A stretch of 64,000 nucleotides of DNA, taken from positions 32,001 to 96,000 of the forward strand of contig CAYLZE010000007.1 of the NCBI GenBank assembly GCA_964388035.1, given 5' to 3'. The notes beneath the pieces are model-generated. The model did no database searches, was not told where the DNA came from, and was given only the letters and a program-made list of their open reading frames with translations. Each line of letters begins with the position of its first letter. Positions within the stretch are counted from its first letter, which is position 1. This DNA is from an uncultured archaeon. GTDB lineage: Archaea > Asgardarchaeota > Lokiarchaeia > Sigyniarchaeales > SOKP01. Below, one piece after another: positions 60,236 to 64,000 of the stretch. Made by a program: the position numbers and the translations under genes.

Positions 60236-60556
60236 TTATTTACCTCCTCTTACGGATGATTCTTGAGTTGTCGTTTCGGTTTTCTTTAAAGCCACACGCC
60301 TATAATATACGACCCCGACCAGGGAAAATATTCCCGCGAGAAAGAAACATAATGCTTCTACTGTGGGATTGCCAAGATACATGAATAAAACTGAACCAGC
60401 CATCGAAAGGAATGTGAGAAGAAATATGCGCAATTCAGGTTTTCTATAAGCATTGATTATAAATATAATGATCCCTAAGATGTAATAGATTAAAACCATT
60501 GGATCTATAAATGCCATTATTGCTGATTCTTCAGCTGTTGCTGTTTGTAATATCAT
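60236..60556 (-). CDS. Small three-TM membrane protein coupled to the MCP gene
   Basis: SD GAGGTG; stop is 1 nt before the MCP ATG. Confidence 0.75.
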   Translation of the reverse strand: MILQTATAEESAIMAFIDPMVLIYYILGIIIFIINAYRKPELRIFLLTFLSMAGSVLFMYLGNPTVEALCFFLAGIFSLVGVVYYRRVALKKTETTTQESSVRGGK

Positions 60557-61291
60557 AAGTTACACCTCTTTTTTTTAGTCTTACCATTTTTACTCCTTTT
60601 ATTTTAATTTATTATAAGGATATTATTTTTGTTGTCAAAAAAAATTACGAGTTATAATTTTTTATATACAAAACACAAGAAATTCTATTTAAATGTTTCC
60701 TTTAGAATAACTATTAAATTTTAAAATATCAATTCTTTCTCAATAGAAAATAGATATTAAAGGTAGTAGGTAAAAGGGAAAAATGTGATAAAATTATTTT
60801 TTTAATATTCTAAAAATATTTTTGGAAATAATTTTGTAATAAAAAAGAAGTTTTGTACAAAAAAAGGTAAAATTGATTGATAATCTTTTTTTCCTTATCA
60901 TTTAATTAATGCTTATTTTCATTAGGATTTTTGATTCAATGAAGTGAACCTTTCAAAAATATATAAATTATTAAGCAGAAACCATTATATAATCATTAAT
61001 TTTTTGCTTCTAATATACTTCAGATTACCATGCGAATATTACCTTTTTTATGAGCGAAAGCTTGAAAGTCAATTTTGTGATTAATAATTAAATTTTTTAA
61101 AAAAAAGATATAAAAAAACCTAACTTTTTTCATTCAAACTTTACTTGTGTTAAAAAAAAGAGCGTTCAACTTGAGCATATAAATTTTTTTGAATACTTTT
61201 GATAGTAAATTCATTACATTAATAAAATCATAAAGAAAGTTTATTAAATAAATGTTGAATATTAATATATTAGAAAATATTAAGTTATATA

Positions 61292-61558
61292 ATGACTGAA
61301 GAAAAAAAGTTGGAAATTGAAAACAATATTAATAGGAAATTACTTCTCATAAAAAAAACATTGAAAAATATAGAGGAAATTTTCATTTTATTCAAACCCC
61401 TTTTTGAAAAAATCATTGAACTCGAGGAATCTGAGGAATTTATAAGAGATGGATCATTTCTTCGAGTATCATCATTATTTGGAGAGATTTCGAAGGATTT
61501 TAAAGAAATGGGGGGATTACCGATTTCCAAGGAATTTTTAGAAAGTCTTTTAAATTAA
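61292..61558 (+). CDS. Small hypothetical helical protein
   Basis: 88-aa ORF with protein-like composition after an AT-rich promoter region. Confidence 0.6.
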   Translation: MTEEKKLEIENNINRKLLLIKKTLKNIEEIFILFKPLFEKIIELEESEEFIRDGSFLRVSSLFGEISKDFKEMGGLPISKEFLESLLN

Positions 61559-61754
61559 AATTTAAATTGGGTTTTTTGAATAATTCTCTTTCTATAATAT
61601 TTCATGCTTCCTCTTACCAATTTTTATAAATAATTTGAAGATTATTTAATTACCTATTCAATAATAGTTACAGCATGAGCTTTAATTAATGTTGAATTAA
61701 TAGATTAGTTATAACATCCTTCATTATGATTTATTCAAGTCAAGAAAATTATAA

Positions 61755-62405
61755 ATGGTAAAATCAACCATGAGTAAATTTGATACTTTATCAAACAGAC
61801 TATTTTCCAAAGTTGCAGGGGGTATTTATGGATTAATTTCTTCTGTTATCGCGGGATTAGGAGATATACTATCACTTCAATTTTTTCCCAATTATAGTAT
61901 TGTTAATGACATGGTTTCAGAGTTAGGGATAACCAGTGGCGGTATTTTTTTTAATTTTGGTCTTATTATTTCCGGATTAATTGGTCTCGCTTTTTATTAT
62001 TCGCTAAGTAAAGTTTTCTTAAAAGAAAATCGATTGATAAGAAAATGTGCTTTAATTTCCTCTTATTTATCTTGCATTACGTTTTCTTTAATCGGAGTAT
62101 TTCCGGCTTACCAGGAAAAAGAATTAATTCTCTCGCTATATTTGCACGGCACATTTGCTGCCTTGAGTTGGATAACGGGCAGCATGTATTGCTTCTTTTT
62201 TAGTATATTGATGATGAGGAATAAATTCTATACTAATTATTTAGCTTATTATGGATTTTTCTGTTCCGCTTTATTTATTATTCTTCTTCTGACTTGGATA
62301 CCAATTTTAGAATGGAGTCTCTCGTTTGCTATTTTTGGATATGTTATTTTTAATTCGATATATCTCATAAAAATAAACACTGAAGAATTCTCTAATTCTT
62401 CATAA
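61755..62405 (+). CDS. DUF998-like membrane protein
   Basis: YSIVNDMVSELG, FFNFGLIISG, LIGVFP, LHG, LEW. Confidence 0.78.
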   Translation: MVKSTMSKFDTLSNRLFSKVAGGIYGLISSVIAGLGDILSLQFFPNYSIVNDMVSELGITSGGIFFNFGLIISGLIGLAFYYSLSKVFLKENRLIRKCALISSYLSCITFSLIGVFPAYQEKELILSLYLHGTFAALSWITGSMYCFFFSILMMRNKFYTNYLAYYGFFCSALFIILLLTWIPILEWSLSFAIFGYVIFNSIYLIKINTEEFSNSS

Positions 62406-62500
62406 ATCAATCCAACCATTTTATTAATAAATTTAAAGAATATATTAATTAATTTACTTAGATTATGAAAAATAGTAATATAATTTAATGGGTGATAATC

Positions 62501-63172
62501 ATGAAAATTGAAGAATTAGAAATAACTAAGAATTTGATCATAAATGAGTCGGATGCATTGCTTATTGTAGATATGCAATATGATTTCATGCCAGGGGGGG
62601 CTTTGCCTGTAGAAGGGGGAGATCAAATTATTGCTCCAATAAATGAGATTGAAAAAATTTTCAAGGAAAAAGGGTGTCTTATTGTTTTAACTCAAGATTG
62701 GCATCCAAAAGAACATTTATCCTTTGCGAGCAATCATCCTGGGAAAAAACCAGGAGATTCATTCCAAACAGAGGCAATAGGCCCCATTTTATGGCCGGAT
62801 CATTGCGTACAAGGTTCAAAAGGCGCTGACTTTCATAATAAACTTGAAACAAAGTTAGCTCAAGCAATTATTCGAAAGGGTTATAGACCCATGGTAGACA
62901 GCTATTCAGGATTTTTGGAAAATGATAAGAAAACGGAAACAGGTTTATCAGGATATCTGAAATCTCGAAAGATCAAACGTTTGTTTATATGTGGATTGGC
63001 ATTGGATTATTGCTGTTATTTCACTGCCTTGGATGGAATCTCTTTTGGTTTTGATATGGTATTTCTCATCGATATGACACGAGGTATAGATCAACCGGAA
63101 GATAATATTTCAAAGTCTTTAGAAAATATGATTTTAAAAGGTATAAAATTTGCCAATAAAGATAGTTTTTAA
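62501..63172 (+). CDS. pncA: Nicotinamidase/pyrazinamidase
   Basis: VDMQYDFMPGGAL, TQDWHP, WPDHCVQG, RKG, DSYSGF, GLALDYCC; ATG after SD GGGTGA. Confidence 0.93.
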   Translation: MKIEELEITKNLIINESDALLIVDMQYDFMPGGALPVEGGDQIIAPINEIEKIFKEKGCLIVLTQDWHPKEHLSFASNHPGKKPGDSFQTEAIGPILWPDHCVQGSKGADFHNKLETKLAQAIIRKGYRPMVDSYSGFLENDKKTETGLSGYLKSRKIKRLFICGLALDYCCYFTALDGISFGFDMVFLIDMTRGIDQPEDNISKSLENMILKGIKFANKDSF

Positions 63173-63290
63173 CATTTTTTCTCTCTCGTTCAAATCTTTA
63201 TTTTATATTACCAATTAACTATTTAAGATTTTAAAGGATTTTACATTATTTTTAATTAGCATTTATTTTAATCAAATTAAAAAAAAGTTA

Positions 63291-63770
63291 ATGAGAAAAG
63301 ATTCTTTCCCTTTTAAAAGCATATTAGTGGCTTGTAGTGTAAATACGGCTCGCAGTCCCATGGCAGAGGGATATTTGAAGGAATACATTTCCAGAAAAGG
63401 CATGGATGTACAGATTCAATCAGGGGGAATCGCTTCTAACGCTAGAGATGGAATGTTAATCTCTTTAGATGCCCGATTAGCCATGAAAGAAGATGGTATT
63501 TTACTCCCCGAAGATTCCTTATCAGTTGATTTAAAAAAACACTCCGAAATTATAGATCAAGCAGATTTAATATTGACTTTAACAGAGCAGCATAAAACGG
63601 AAATACTGCACCATGTAAAATACAATAATAAAGTAATCCTTACATTGAGAGAATTCGCGGGAGAATGCGGTGATATAGAAGATCCCTCCATGAAAGGAAT
63701 TGAAGGATTTCGCATCGTAAGGGATGAGATCAAAGAATGTTTGATCAAGGGGTTAGGAAAATTCTTTTAG
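63291..63770 (+). CDS. Low-molecular-weight protein phosphatase family (LMW-PTP/YwlE-like)
   Basis: CX5R loop CSVNTARS-PMAEG, ADLILTL, DIEDP. Confidence 0.87.
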   Translation: MRKDSFPFKSILVACSVNTARSPMAEGYLKEYISRKGMDVQIQSGGIASNARDGMLISLDARLAMKEDGILLPEDSLSVDLKKHSEIIDQADLILTLTEQHKTEILHHVKYNNKVILTLREFAGECGDIEDPSMKGIEGFRIVRDEIKECLIKGLGKFF

Positions 63771-63866
63771 TTTCCTTTTAAAGTATAGAAATAATAGTAA
63801 AATTTGAAATCTCATTTAACATTTATAGTTTATACGAGAACGAGAAATATCGCAAAATAAGAAGAA

Positions 63867-64000
63867 ATGCTGATTGAATATATTATTATAGCAATTTTAC
63901 AAGGTCTCTTGGAATGGCTACCCATTTCATCATCGGGGCAAGTGATGATCGTTGCAATGACCCTTTTAAACCTGCCTCCTGATGAAGCTTTTAGCTTATC
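63867..64000 (+). CDS. uppP: Undecaprenyl-diphosphate phosphatase (BacA/UppP family), N-terminal fragment
   Basis: Manual translation MLIEYIIIAILQGLLEWLPISSSGQ matches the QGxxEfLPiSSxGH signature; truncated by window end. Confidence 0.85.
   Translation, partial: MLIEYIIIAILQGLLEWLPISSSGQVMIVAMTLLNLPPDEAFSL

Noticed and set aside
3539-63748. Many short ORFs antisense to or nested in long genes
   Set aside because: Shadow ORFs of well-supported genes, with no motifs or SD support
1-64000. CRISPR arrays, IS elements, integrases, rRNA
   Set aside because: No spaced repeats, transposase or integrase motifs, or long GC-rich structural RNA seen

Overview
AT-rich (roughly 30% GC by eye) archaeal chromosomal DNA, most consistent with an Asgard archaeon (Lokiarchaeia-like). 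The evidence is aCPSF1, an A/V-type ATP synthase, BHB-intron tRNAs, a diphthamide-less EF-2 paralog, a Rab-like GTPase, a roadblock-GTPase fusion and a gelsolin-domain protein. The left half holds metabolic and housekeeping genes plus several eukaryote-like proteins. The right half holds an ATP synthase operon (order K-C-H-F-E-A-B-D-I) between two parts of a chemosensory system. One part is MCP, cheW, cheY, cheA, a 1064-aa beta-sandwich/coiled-coil protein, an unknown gene, a CheW-CheC-CheC fusion and a gelsolin-domain gene. The other, about 16 kb away, is a roadblock-GTPase with a Q-to-L switch II next to a long-linker cheB. No archaellum, cheF, cheR or cheD gene is visible, so the best candidate novel system is a Che pathway with cytoskeletal or small-GTPase output; this is inference from gene neighbourhood. 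Directly visible non-coding highlights are a tRNA-Gly(CCC) with three introns, an unannotated box C/D sRNA predicted to guide Cm34 of tRNA-Leu(CAA), two genes that appear to start at AUU behind good Shine-Dalgarno sites, and a triple TetR-type operator. All protein calls come from motif recognition by eye, with no database searches.
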